This document shows positions 1-12,520 of a stretch of DNA of 64,000 bases, in pieces; within the stretch, counting starts at the first letter, position 1; each line of letters starts with the position of its first letter. Below the pieces are notes generated by a model. That model worked only from the letters and a program-made list of their open reading frames with translations, made no database searches and was not told the DNA's origin. Made by a program: the position numbers and the translations under genes. The stretch is taken from contig JBHGNT010000007.1 of assembly GCA_043228905.1 (NCBI GenBank), positions 11,718,001-11,782,000 of the forward strand. Reading direction: 5' to 3'. The DNA comes from Azolla caroliniana (Eukaryota > Plantae > Polypodiophyta).

Positions 1-48
1 AGGTGCCTCTCAGGTACCAAAATATCCATTTCATGGCAGCCAATGCTC

Positions 49-329
49 TGATGTGGAATACGCGGATTAATCTCCGGCCACAACCGAAGCGTAGATCTCT
101 TGATGACAATCAAAACACAGACGAAATGGCAATGGAGGTAAGTCGACAAAACAGAAAGAGAATACACAGGATATTAACGTGGAAAACCCTAAGAGGGAAA
201 AACCATGGGAGTCCACAGACTCCAAACTATCACTCTGTAAAGTAATACAACAGGGAGCACAAAGGCAACGACCTCTTGCTCACAATCTTCGCCTAGAGAC
301 GGTTACAACAGAGACACAATCTCTGTATG

Positions 330-363
<34 letters not shown>

Positions 364-692
364 GCACTGTACAGAGGTTACACCAATAACTTTATCATCA
401 TAACTATTAAGTTTGCCCTAGGTCATATTTATACTAATATGACTTTCGGGCTATTTACAAATATAGCCCCATTGGGCTCTCTGGAACATATTTACATATA
501 TGTCCCTTCCATCCGATGAGAGGTTCTCACCGGGCCTACAAAATCCGGTTTTCAATGGGTCTTCCTTGCCAGGTACTCGTCATCCGGTTCTCTTCTGTTG
601 CCGGGTACTCCACATCTGGATTCGGCCTCGGTCGAGTTGCTCATCAACACTGTTCTTCTCACTTCCCATCCGGAGGGACCTGTTTCCTAACA
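49..692 (-). mobile_element. Solo LTR (family A type) inserted in RT, 5-bp TSD TGCTC
   Basis: TG..CA ends; TGCTC at 44-48 and 693-697; host RT (SNPGKEH|W) is interrupted exactly here; terminus matches the LTR remnant at 4430-4456. Confidence 0.92.
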
Positions 693-1067
693 TGCTCTTT
701 CCCGGGATTGCTCATATATCGGTTGACCACTCCGATGGCGTATCCAATGTCCGGCCTGGTACACACCATTGCGTACATCAGGCTTCCAACCGCCGAGGCA
801 TAGGGGACTTTTGACATCTTGGCCTTTTTGGTTTTCGATTTCGGACATTGATCTTTACTCAACTTGCAGTTCGTCAGCAGTGTTGAGCCGACCGCTTTCG
901 CGCCTTCCATGCCGAATCTCTAAAGCACCTTTGTCACATATTTCTCCTGTGACAGCCATAGCAATTTCTTTGTTCTATACCGAACAATGTGCATACCCAG
1001 GATTTGCTTTGTCGGACCCATATCCTTCATCGAGAATGACTTGTTCAAAGCCTTCTTCAGTGCTCGA

Positions 1068-1373
1068 ATCTTCATATGGTCCCGTCCGACAATTAGCATT
1101 TCGTCCACGTACAACAAAAGGATGAGGAAATCTTCTCCATCGAACTTGTTCACAAATACGTAGTGATTGGCCTGCGTTTTGTGGTACCCGTTTTCGGTCA
1201 TGAAGGGTTCGAATTTTCGGATCTTCATATGGTCCCATCTGACAATTAGCATTTTGTCCATGTACAACAAAACGATGAGGAAATCTCCTCCATCGAACTT
1301 CTTCACAAATACGCAGTGATTGGGCTGTGTTTTGTGGTACCCGTTTTCGGTCATGAAGGGTTCGAATTTTCGG
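1068..1373. repeat. In-frame 153-bp tandem duplication in RT, covering the YVDD-motif region
   Basis: atcttcatatggtccc at 1068 and 1221; ORF 920..1591 repeats KFEPFMTENGYHKTQ...LLY(M/V)D(K/E)MLIV..DHMKIR. Confidence 0.92.
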
Positions 1374-3832
1374 TACCATTGTTGTGGAACCTGCTTCAAC
1401 CCGTACAAACTCTTCCTAAATCGACATACCAAGTTTTCTTTACCTTTCATTACGAATCCTTTCGGCTGCTGCATATATATCTCCTCTTTGGGATCTCCGT
1501 GCAGAAACGCCATCTTGACATCCAATTGTTCGAATTCAAGATCCATGCTGGCCGCAATGCTCAACACGGTTCGGATGGATGTCATCTTCACTACCGGGGA
1601 AAATATTTCATCGAAATTTATGCCCTTCTTCTATTGAAACCCTTTTACGACAATTCGTGCTTTTTATTTGGGTGGATTTCGGCCATCTCCTCGTTTCAAC
1701 TTGTATACCCACTTATTTCAGAGTGCCTTCTTCCCCTTCGGCAACTTGGTCAATTTGTATGTGTGGTTCTCATGCAAGCAATCCATCTCCTCTTGCATGG
1801 CACGTAACCACTCTCGGCTGTGGGTATCTTTCTTAGCTTCTTTATAGCTTTCCAGCTCCCCCTCATCGGTTAGCAGTACACGTTCTTCATCTGGAAATCT
1901 TTGGGGGGCTCTTCGCTCTCTAAGGGGGTATCTTCGGCCTACGTTCGGTATGGTTAGTCCATCTTCAACCTCTTCTTCTGAGTCCATTTCGGTTCCTCAT
2001 TCAGCTGACTCCCCTTGATCATCAGTCGTTTCTCCATTTTGCTAAGTATTAGATCGATCAACTGGTACGGGTTCGATTTTGATTGAACCGTCATCTACAC
2101 GATCCAGTTGAGCATTGACTCGGCTCGAATCGGTGGTTGGAGACATTTTCTTGTTCTCCCAATCAATCATTGTCTTCTCTTCCATGAAAACAATGTCTCG
2201 GCTCCTAATCACCTTCTTCTCGAATAAGTCCCATAGCCAATAGCCGAACTCATCATCGCCGTAACCAAGAAATATGCACGGCCGAGATTTCGAGTATAAT
2301 TTCCCACTCTGTTCCTTTGCCACATGCACAAAAGCAATACAACCGAACACCCTCAAATGTCGGTACAACACGTCTTTGCCGCTCCACAACCATTGTGGAA
2401 TATCACTGTCCAAGGGTACTGAGGGTGATCGGTTTATCACATATGTTGTTGTCATTAGCGCCTCAGCCTAGAACGTTTTCGATAATTTCGTATGTGCAAG
2501 CATGCTTCAGACTCTCTCCATTATGGTCTGATTCATTCTCTCGGCCAGCCCATTCAGCTCTAGCGTTTTTGGCACGGTATACTCAAGCCGGATTCCTTCT
2601 TTTTGGCAATATTCTTCGAACGGTCCGCGGTTCTCTCCGCCATTGTCCGCTCAAACTGACTTCAACTTACGGCCAGTTTCTCTCTTGACCCTTGCTTGGA
2701 ACTCTTTGAAGACGGATAACACTTGATCCTTCGTCTTTAGCATGGAAGCCCACAACTTCCCACTATAGTCATCTATAAAGGTCACGAAATATTGTGAACT
2801 ACTATGCGACTTCGTGTTCACGTAGCATATATCTGTATGCACGAGTTCTAGGGGTAGTTTCTTCCTCCTTGGGGGCCTTGTTCGGAAGGATGTTCGATTT
2901 TGCTTATCGGCCAAGCAATCCGTGCATTTCTCAAGTTGCACGTTCTTCACCTCCGGAATGAGGTTATCCTTGGCAAGCTTCTACATCCCCTTTTGGCTCA
3001 TGTGGCATAACCTTTTGTGCCACAGTTCACCGATAGTTTCGGCTACCACATTCACTTCCCCACGGCATAATCAGGCATTCATTACGTACAATGTGTTGGT
3101 TTTCCGTGCTCGAACCACGATTAGGCTCCCCTTGCAGAACGTCATGACACCATTCCAGGTGCTACCCATGTAGCCTTCATTATCCAGCTGACTAGCTGAT
3201 ATCAGGTTCAATAAAACCTCCGGAACGTGTCGAACATCTCTTAGCATGAGTCTACAACCAATTGAGGTCACCAAACACACATCTCCACTACCGAGGATTT
3301 CGCATGCTCCTTCATTTCCCATCTTTACGGATCTGAGATCATCAGCCTTGTACGATGAGAAGCATTTCCGGTCAGGGGTTAGGTGAAATGATGCACCCGC
3401 ATCGACCGCCCATGTAGATTCATCGTCGACAAGGTTCACTTCGTTCTGCTCGTTAATGAGCAGCAACTTCTCCTCACTTGTCGTCATCGCCGAGGTGTTC
3501 CTGCTTTTCGAAATTTTTTTCGGTTGCACACCATCGGCTCCCCCTTTTTCCTTTCGGAAATGTCGGCAATTCTTTTGAAATTGCCCCGGCTTCCCACATT
3601 AGAACCACGTGGGCCTTCCTCTCAACTTCGACCTCGTCCTCGATTTGTCCCAGTTTTGGGGACTCCGATACTGGCCTCTTCCCCGATTGTGGTCATCTTC
3701 TATAACCAAGGCCTTCGGATTGGTTCCGGACTCCCGGTCCTTTCGGTGAGCTTCTTCATCTAGCAAGCTTGATTTGATTCTTGCTAGGGACAATTGTTTT
3801 CCTTCCGGCCCGGTGTTGCCCAACATGACAAC

Positions 3833-4218
3833 TGTTGAGAGACAAGCTCAACATCGGCCGGATCGGCTGAAGAAGCCGAGGACCGGATCGGTTAGGCCGA
3901 GTGCGTAAACCAGGAGGCCGTTAGGAAAGATATTCCGTGAGGAATATATTTGGGAGTTAGTGTAGGAGCTCTTAAAGAGCATTGAAGTACGGTCAGTACT
4001 TCGGTCAGTCCTTCGAGGACTTGTATAAAAGTGTTCATGGAACACACATATGTATACAGAGAGTTGTGAATAGAGTGTTGAATATAGTTTCCTGTGTTTT
4101 ATCTCTCTCTCTCTCTGTCTCTCCCGCGTATACCGTGTAAGCTCAAGCTCTCCATTAAACCTGAGTTTCCCTCCTTCTGTTCGGTCTTCACACTTGCTTC
4201 CGCACGCTACTTTCTACA
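3833..4218 (+). mobile_element. Solo LTR (family B) inserted in family A gag, TSD ACAAC
   Basis: TGTTGAGAGACAAGCTC...TTTCTACA; ACAAC at 3828-3832 and 4219-4223; colinear with the 5' LTR at 59672-60066; host gag resumes after 4223. Confidence 0.94.
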
Positions 4219-4669
4219 ACAACTAGCGTCTCCCAACTATCCGGGAGCGAACCGAGTAGGAGTAATGCGAGTACCTCATCGGCGAGAGGTACTTCCAATG
4301 AGGTTGGCTAGTTTGTCAGTCCCTAGAAGGCATTCATGTGCTCGGCATATTTAGACTATTTACAAGTATAGTCTTCCGAGTTGGCTATCTACACAATTTC
4401 AGTTTCTCATCAACTCGGCTCTTCTCTTCCCATCTGGAGGGACCCGTTTCCTAACAATATTAAGTGTTCAATCACGTTGCATCGCTTGTGGCTTAAGCAT
4501 AGAGGACAAAACTACTACTTTGTTGGTACACCTACGACCATCCCAACACATATACCATATCGTTTGTTTTCAATATGCTTGTCGTATTGCTACAATCTAT
4601 TTGGGGGATTGGAATACAGCTCTCCCAGATGAGTGGAGAAAACTGACACGTAAAATTGTTGCTTGTCTC

Positions 4670-4842
4670 TATAGTGTAGTAGCTAATTAGTTACATGTTA
4701 GTTAATTAGGTAGAATAGTATAAAGTGTGGTAGCTATTTAGTTGTTATGGTTCAGTAGTGTAGTAGCTAATTACCAGTAGTAGCTAATTAGCTATTGTCA
4801 TACTTAAGTACAATAGCTAATTAGCCAAGATGTAGCTAATAG
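4670..4842. repeat. Cluster of degenerate self-complementary TAGCTAATTAGC(TA) motifs
   Basis: About 7 copies of (g)tagctaatta(g) within 170 bp. Confidence 0.7.
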
Positions 4843-6800
4843 TGTAAAAACGAAGGTGCGGAAGCGTTCGACAACCAACTTAGCCGGATAGCAACAGAGC
4901 GAGAGAGAGAGAGAGAGAGAGAGAGATTAACACACAAAAGGTACGCAGGAGAGACAAAGAAAGAGTAGAACAACCAAATCTATTATCAACAAATCTGTAA
5001 AATTCTCTATACATACAACGTGCTCAACAACGCTATTTATACAAGTCCTAAGAGGACTGACAAAAGTACGGTGTACTTCAATGCTACTAGGCTTCCGGTT
5101 AATGCTAGATCCGGCTAACCGACTCCCCAGTTCACTAGCTCACTGATCCAGCTCAGGCTTATTCAGCCGATCCGGATCCAGTTGAGCTTGCTGCTCAACA
5201 CTCCCCCTCAAGCTCAACTTGAGGTCAGATCGTAGTGTTAGTCTCCATGGCAGCTGATCCTTCAACCCAGCTGCTTCTGTCGTCACTCTACCTCGTTCAC
5301 ACTCCTCGTCCAGTTCGGTCCCGTTTGTCGCGACCTCAACCTCCTCAGTCGGCTTGTCTGCTCAACATGCCCAATTCAGCTCCCTCGCTGATGTAACTTC
5401 GGCACTTGCCGATTCGCCGATTCCTTCATGTTGGCGTTCACTTTCGCTGCCTTGTGGTCCTCTTGGTCTTGAATTGGTCTGGTTCTTCCGAATCCGTCTG
5501 TTGAACTGAATCGGTTGTCTCTGATTCGTTCCAGCTCTTGTCTGAATCGGTCACTCCCGATTCCTCTTCTGGTTCCAGGCCCTTCACCACATTGAACCAT
5601 GTCCGGGTCTTGGCCTTCTTCTTCCAGTCAGATCTGTCCTTCTTGACTCTGTCGCCGCTGCCGCTTGTTCCAACTTGTTCAGATGTGTCAACTTACTTTG
5701 TCGACTCGGTTCCTTTCTTCTTCTTGTCTCTCTCTTTGTATGTTCTTCACTCACCAACGCAATCGGCAGTTTCTTTGCCTTTGCCCGTTCCGGTGTCTTT
5801 GCCCGTTCTCCCCCTCAAGTGTGGCACATTGAGATGCTGAACACCAAGCATTTCGGTGAAGTGTTGCAACTTGTCTGATCCGAGTGGTTTGGTGAAGATG
5901 TCGACAACTTGCCGATCCATATGAATATACCGAAGTTCAATGTCATGGTAGTGCATTTCTATGTGCTTTGTACGAGCATGGAATATGGGGTTCTTGGCAT
6001 GCTGCATGCTGCTTATGTTGTCACACACCGATATTCAACCTTAGTGCTCGAAAGGGCCATTGTTGGCTGCTTTTTGTTACTCCATGCAGCAACCGCATTA
6101 CCAAGGGAAAACATATAGCCAGAGGTGGATTGGTGATCCGATGCATCGCCGGCCCAATCGGCATCGGTGTAGCCGACTAGCTCTTCGGTTATACCATGCC
6201 GGTATAACAGTCCCCGGTCCTTCGTGCCGCTCACATATTGCAAAATTCGATGCGCGCACAAAAGGTGCTCCACGGTCAGCTTCTGCAAATATTGGCTGAT
6301 CACGCCGACCAGATAACTGATCTCGGGTCGGGTGATTATCAAATATATAAGGCTTCCAACGGTTTGTCGGAACGGCTTCTCATTGCAGGTCGGTCCAGAG
6401 TCAGGTCAGAGCTTCTGGTTTCGGTCTAGGGGTGTGTAGATCGGTCGACATTCCGTCATGCCGAACTTGTACAACATATTCAACACATAGTGTCTTTGTG
6501 AGAGCAATATGTCGTCGGGGGTTCGGATCACCTCGATCCCAAGGAAATAGTGAAGGGCCTCCAGGTCCTTCATCTCAAATGCGTCCGACAGCTGGGACTT
6601 GACTTGACTGATTTCATCGAGTCCGGTTCTGGTGATGACTAGATCATCAACATACAACAAGATGCAAACCGAACCGTCCGGACCTTGCCGATGAACAACG
6701 AAGAGTCGGACTTGGAGGCCGCAAACCCCATCTTACGCAACCAGTGCGTGATCTTCGCATTCCAAGCTCGGGGGGGCTTGCTTCAGGCCATAAAGTGACT
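4843..6800 (-). mobile_element. Copia family B 3' half: RT-RNase H, PPT and 3' LTR (4843-5200)
   Basis: LYVDDLVIT, YFLGIEVIRTP, GYTDADWAGD, HARTKHIEMHYH, VDIFTKPL; PPT complement CTCCCCCTC at 5201 adjoining ...GCTCAACA. Confidence 0.92.
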
Positions 6801-8970
6801 TATGTGGGCGAACAAAGTTCTCTACTGCTTTGCGTCTTATGTGGGCCAACAGCTTCTGAACGACATTTGGGATGCGAAAACACTGGAGGATGCTTGGGGA
6901 AATCTGAAGAAGATTTTCGCCGCAAGCATCACAGTCAGGAATCTTCAACTCCGACAAGTGTTGAGCAACTTGCGACAACGCGATTTGTCGGTGGTTGACT
7001 ACACCTCGAAGATCAAAGATATATGCGACTTCTTAGCCTCCATTGATGTGAATGTCGAGGAAGGCGAAATGGTGCAGATATGTCTCGGGGGACTGGCGTC
7101 AAAGTTCGGAGCGTTCCGAACTGCTGTGTGTACACTGGAGAACATGTCGTCCTTTTTCGACCTACAATCAATGCTCCTTATAGAGAAGAACCACACGGGT
7201 GCGTCAACGAGCACGCACACCGACAGCAAGATGTTGTACACGAAGAGAGATAGGCCCTGTGGACGTGGCGGACAAGACGAGTCGGTGAGCAATGGACGCA
7301 ACCGACGGAATCAAGGAAGAAGGCACCGAAGTGATGCCGACAGCAATCCCGGACCCTCCGGAAACAAGGGGAGTCGAGGCAATGAGAATCGGCAAGGGAA
7401 ATCTGCCACAGAATGCTGGTACTGTGGCAAGAAAGGCCACAGGGAGAGCGAGTGCTGAAAAAAGCGCGTCGGTTCGAAAAGAACCGCATCCGAATCAGGT
7501 TTCGGACAAACCGACAAAGGAAATCGGCAATGATTGCACTACGCCGAAGAATCCGAAAAAGCCAAAAAAGGGTCAGCCTTCGTGAGGAGACACGAAGCGA
7601 ACTCAATGAAGAAGATCACCCTGAACTCGAACGAGGTGTGGTACTTCGACTCCGGCGCATCAAACCACATGACATGGCACAAGGAGTGATTCTCATACCT
7701 TGAGAAACCGATGCAACCGGGAGTAGTCGCAACCAGAGACGACACTCCGCATCCGATCACGAATGTCGGTGAAGTTCCCCTGAGCCATGTCAGGCACCTG
7801 ACAATCACGAAGAATCCGATGTCGGTCGGACATATCATCCACCAAGGGATGCAAGTCTAGTTCATGCATTTTGGGTGCTTCATCAAGGAAGAAGGCCAAG
7901 TTATTGCGCAAGGGTGTAGAGACGAGAGGATGTTTATCCTCGACTCTAGTGATGGTGGCACTGCAATGTTCGCGAAAGGACAAAAAGTTAAGTTGGATAT
8001 CGACTTATGGCACAAGCGGATAGGCCACGTCAACTATCAACGGCTTCAGGACCTGCAATCGAAACAAGTTGTGTTCGGATTGCCCAAATTTAGTGGTCGG
8101 AAGGACTCAATTTGTGAAGGCTACCAGCTACGGAAGCAACACCGACTTCCTTTCCCTAACGAGCGTAACTGGAGCCGGAATAAGCTCGACTTGATACATT
8201 TAGATGTATGGGGGCCTGCACAAAACGTTAGTCTTGGCGACAACCAATATTTCGTCTCCTTCATTGACGACTATACGCGGCACACGTGGATCTACCTCAT
8301 TGAGAAGAAGAGTGAAGTCTTCCATTGTTTCTGGGACCTCAAAGGGTTCGTGGAAACGGAAACATGAAGAAAGATTAAGTGCCTCTGGTCCGATGGCGGA
8401 AAGGAGTATTTTTCCGGTCAATTCAACGGGTATCTACAACAGATGGGAATTCGGTGCGGATTCAGTTGGAGATATACGCCGGAACAGAATGGTGTAGCCA
8501 AAAGGAAGAATCGGTCGATTGTAGAAGCGGCACAGGCAATGCTAGAAGAAAAGAGCTTGCCCAAGTTCTATTGGGCCGAAACGGTAGGAACCGCGGTCTA
8601 CATCCACAACCGGATCGGAGAAAAAGTGTCGGTGCATGAGCTATACTTCGGAACGAAGCCGAATATGCGACACTTAAGAGTTTTTGGCAGCATTGCGTAC
8701 GTGCATGTGCCGAAGGAGAAACGGAGGAAGTTGGACGTGAAAGTTGAGAAGTGTATCTTAGTTGGCTATTTAGACGAACAGAAGGGCTATAAGTGTTATA
8801 ACCCCCAAACCAAACAAGCTCACGTGAGCCGCAATGTTGTGTTTGACAAGTCCGCATCCTGGTACTTGCCTCCGACTCCGGACCTCAACTCCAACCCCGG
8901 ATCTCCGGACCCGCGTTCTGATAACGAGGTCATCGAGACTGAAATGCCTCCGAATGAGGGTGAAATCGGG
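6801..8970 (+). mobile_element. LTR-less inverted gag-PR-INT fragment of copia family B (subfamily of the 59672 element)
   Basis: Zn knuckle CWYCGKKGHRESEC, protease WYFDSGASNHM, INT HHCC and core (LWHKRIGHVN, TPEQNGVAKRKNRS); opposite strand to both neighbours. Confidence 0.92.
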
Positions 8971-11449
8971 AGGTCATTCCGACACAGCCGCTCATTCGGC
9001 CCACTTAGCCGGAATGAGATCGGACTATCATCTAGCATACCAAATCTTTCTTCATCTTCTACCTAAACCTCTCCAGGTTTACTAGCCTCATCCTCCGGAA
9101 TCGGTTCTTCGTCGGGAGCTGGAGTCGGGAGAGACTACCATGATGAGGACTCATCAAACTCGACATCTCGACTTACTCGGACCTATTTAGTCCACGGGTT
9201 ATAACACTTATACCCCTCTATTCATGCGAGTAGCCGATGAGTATGCACTTCTCCAACTTTGGATCCAGCTTCCTCCGCTTCTTATCCGGTACATGCACAT
9301 ATGCTATGCTACCGAATATCCGAAGAAGTCTCAAATTCAGCTTCCACCCGAAATACAGCTCATGTGCTAACACCTTGTCTCCAATCCGGTTTTGGATGTA
9401 GACGGCCATCTAGACCGCCTCAGCCAGTAGAACTTGGGTATGCTCTTCTCCTTCAACACCGCCCTTGTCGCGTCGACAATCGACCGAATCTTCCTTTTGG
9501 CTACACCATTTTGTTCCGGTGTGTATCGACAGCTGAATTCTCTCCGAATTCCTTTCTACTACAGATTGCAGTTGAAATGGCCGGAAAATTATTCTTTTTT
9601 GCCATCTGACTATAGGCACTTAATCTTTCGCTTTGTTTCCTGTTCAACTAAGCTTTGAAGGTTCCGAAAACATTCGAAAATTTTCCTTTTCCTCCCGATG
9701 AGGTAGATCCAAGTGTGCCAACTGTAGTCGTCAATGAAGTAGACGACATACCAACTCCCACCAAGACTAACGTGTTGTGCCGGTCCCCATACATCTTAAT
9801 GTTATTGCTCCGGTTTCGTTTGGTGGGGAATGGAAGCCGGTGTTGCTTCCCGAGTTGGCAAGGTTCACATATTTGGGCCTTGCGTCCACTAAATGTCGGC
9901 AAACCGAAAACAACTTGTTTCGATTGCAAGTCCTGAAGCCTCCGGTAATTGACGTGACCAATCCTCTTGTGCCAGAGATCAATGTCCGATTTGATATTCT
10001 TTCCTTTTGCAAACATAGCAGAGCCTATGTCATTGTGGGCTTGTGCGATTATCCGGCCTTCTTCTTCGATGAAGCACCCGAGGTGCATAAACCGCACCTA
10101 CATTTCCTGGTCAACAATTTATCCGACCGACACCAGATTCTTTGTGATTGTTGGAACGTGTAGTACGTTCATCAACTTTCCCTTTTGTCCAACATGTAGT
10201 ACATTTTGACTCCCCCTGCTCGTGGAGGATCCGGAACTGTTGTTGGCATAATCTCGGTGCCTTCGATTCTATCTTGTCGGCCGCCTCCATTGCATGCTGA
10301 CCCACCTCGTCCTCCACGCCCACGGGGGCGGTCCGCCTCCATGTACAACATCTGATTGTCCAGTTGAGTGGTCCTCGACTCACTCGCGTGGTTTTCTTCG
10401 ACCATCAACATCGATTGCAGGTCGAAGAAGGACAGTGGCTTCTCTCGGGTGCAGATTGCCGTCTAAATTGGCCTGTACCATTCTACTAGACCACCAAGGC
10501 AGATTTGTACCTCATCCACCGTCACATTGATGGACCTGAGGACGTCACAAATCTCCTTTATTTTGTTGGTGTACTCCGTAACCGACATATTTCTCTACCG
10601 GATGTTGTTCCGCTCTTGCCGAAGCTACAACTTACGGGTTGTGGTGGTACTCACGGCGAAAATCTTCCGAAGATTTTCCCAGGCCTCCTTTGGTGTTTTG
10701 CATCTTTGATGTAGTCGAGCATCTAATCATGCACATAGGACGCCAGGTACTAAAGCACTCTACTCACTTCTTGTTCCCATGCGAGGAAGTCCTTGTGGCC
10801 CGGCTCCGGTGCTACCTCGTTAGTTCCTTCCACATAGCTCCAATATCCATGCCCCAGCAAGTACTGGTGCATTTTATACGACCAGGACGCATAGTTGCTC
10901 CGGTCAAGGTTTTCTGTAGCAACCGAACTTGCCATACCTTTGTCCATCTTGATCCTCTTCTGTTCTTCACCGAGTGTTAGGGTTTGTCTTCGAAAGCGTC
11001 AGTCGGCTACAGAAAAGTCTCAACCGTCGCGCTCTGATACCATGTGAAAGTTAGCATGTAGAAGCTTTGACAAAACCGGTTTTGCCGGGTAGCGACAGAG
11101 AAGAAAACATGTTCAATGGAAGCTTGAGAGTACTTAGCATACACGGGAGGACAAAGAGAGACCAAAACATAAAACTTAATTAAAAAATAACAATCCTTTA
11201 TACATAGAATGTGCTTAGAAAGCACCTTTATACAAGTCCATAAAGGACTGACAGAAGTACTAACAGGTACTTCAATGCTCATACCAGCGACTGACACTGA
11301 CTCCCAAAAATATGCCTACGTACTCGGCTGGATCCGTAGGCCTCTAACGGCCTACCAGTTTCAATATGATCCGTCTCCTGGTTCCGGATATCATCCGAAC
11401 ACCGATCCGGTTCTCCGTTCCAGATCCGGTTGAGCTTGCTCGCTCAACA
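8971..11449 (-). mobile_element. Copia family B 5' half: INT-PR-gag (internally deleted), PBS and 5' LTR (11043-11449)
   Basis: gag start MDKGMASSVATENLDRSNYASWSYKM; PBS complement GCTCTGATACCA at 11031-11042 (tRNA-iMet type); LTR TG..CA. Confidence 0.92.
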
Positions 11450-11734
11450 TAATGGAACTCTATGATGGATATTAACATAATATTATTATTTTGTTGCAGA
11501 ATATTTCATGTTCATTACTCCCAAAAATATGCCTATGTACTCTGCTGGATCCGTAGGCCTCTAACAGCCTACCAATTTCAATACGATCCGACTCCTGGTT
11601 CCGGATATCATCCGAACACCGATCCGGTTCTCCGTTCTGAATCCAGTTGAGCTTGCTCGCTCAACATAATAGAACTCTATGATGAATATTAACATAATAT
11701 TATTATTTTGTTGCAGAATATTTCATGTTCATTA
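11301..11734. repeat. 217-bp tandem duplication spanning the LTR terminus and flank
   Basis: ctcccaaaaatatgcc at 11301 and 11518; LTR-end CA at 11449 and 11666. Confidence 0.93.
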
Positions 11735-12520
11735 TGTTAGGAATATGACCCTCTATTGGGAGGTGCCGACTGTTTGGACCAAGAAGTGTCGAAAGTTGAA
11801 GACAAGGAGGAGCCATTTGTTTCGATCGAGTGCCAATGGTTGAAGAGTCGACTGCGAGAAAGTCGACTATGAGAGTGGACTGGGTGACTCAACAAGAAGG
11901 AGATCCAGGTCGAAGACACGATCGACTAGTCGGGCCGACTGGACAATCAACCCTAGAGTCGGCCGATGGCTACTTATTATTATAGATAATAATAGTAGTG
12001 ATGTGTGTTGAGAATTCGGTCCCTCCGGATGAGAACCGGAAACCGGATCTGATGGATCCGGTGTGAACTGGATCCAAGGACATATCTATAAATATGTTTC
12101 TAGAGTGCCTGTCATGGCCATATTTGTAAATAGTCGTAAAGTCATATAAGTATAAATATGACTTAGGGCAATCACTTTAGTAATAATGATTCTAGAGATA
12201 TTGTTGTATAGACACACACACAGAGCGTGAGAGAGAGTGTGTGAGATACAAAAAGCTTTTCTGTTGTAACAGTCGGTTGGCGAAGACATAGAACTCGAGG
12301 TCGTTACCTCCAAGTCTCATTCCGTTGTACCCCTCTCTATAGTGATTCTGTTCAGAGTCTCTGGGCTCCCATGGTTTTTTCGGATTAGGGTTTTCCACAT
12401 AAATATCTAGTGTCGTCTCATTCTGTGTAAGTGCACTAATTGTCTTATTCCTATTTTCCTGTTTCTCCTTCCATTGTGAGTTTAAGACTTGGTTGTGGCC
12501 GAGCACACTATTTACTCTCA
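11735..12520 (+). mobile_element. Isolated family A-type LTR, no TSD found
   Basis: Starts TGTTAGGAA; contains CCCATGGTTTTTC..AGGGTTTTCCAC and GGTTGTGGCCGAG near its CA end, as in the LTRs at 49-692 and 39871-40324; flanks CATTA/ATGTC do not match. Confidence 0.8.

Larger units (their letters stand above)
1..4456 (-). mobile_element. Decayed Ty1/copia retrotransposon, Tnt1/Tork-like (family A, copy 1): gag-PR-INT-RT plus 5' LTR remnant; runs off the window start
   Basis: Minus-strand ORF pieces: RT (KMTSIRTVLSIAASMDLE, KVPYASAVGSLMYAMVCTRPDI), INT (YFVTFIDDYS, INRSPSVPL), protease (WAVDAGASFHL) and gag (LSLARIKSSLLDEE). RT resumes at 1-48 (EHW..MKWIFWYLRGT). 4350-4456 ends in the LTR terminus (TGTTAGGAAACGGGTCCCTCC on minus); PBS and gag start are deleted. 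Confidence 0.93.
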
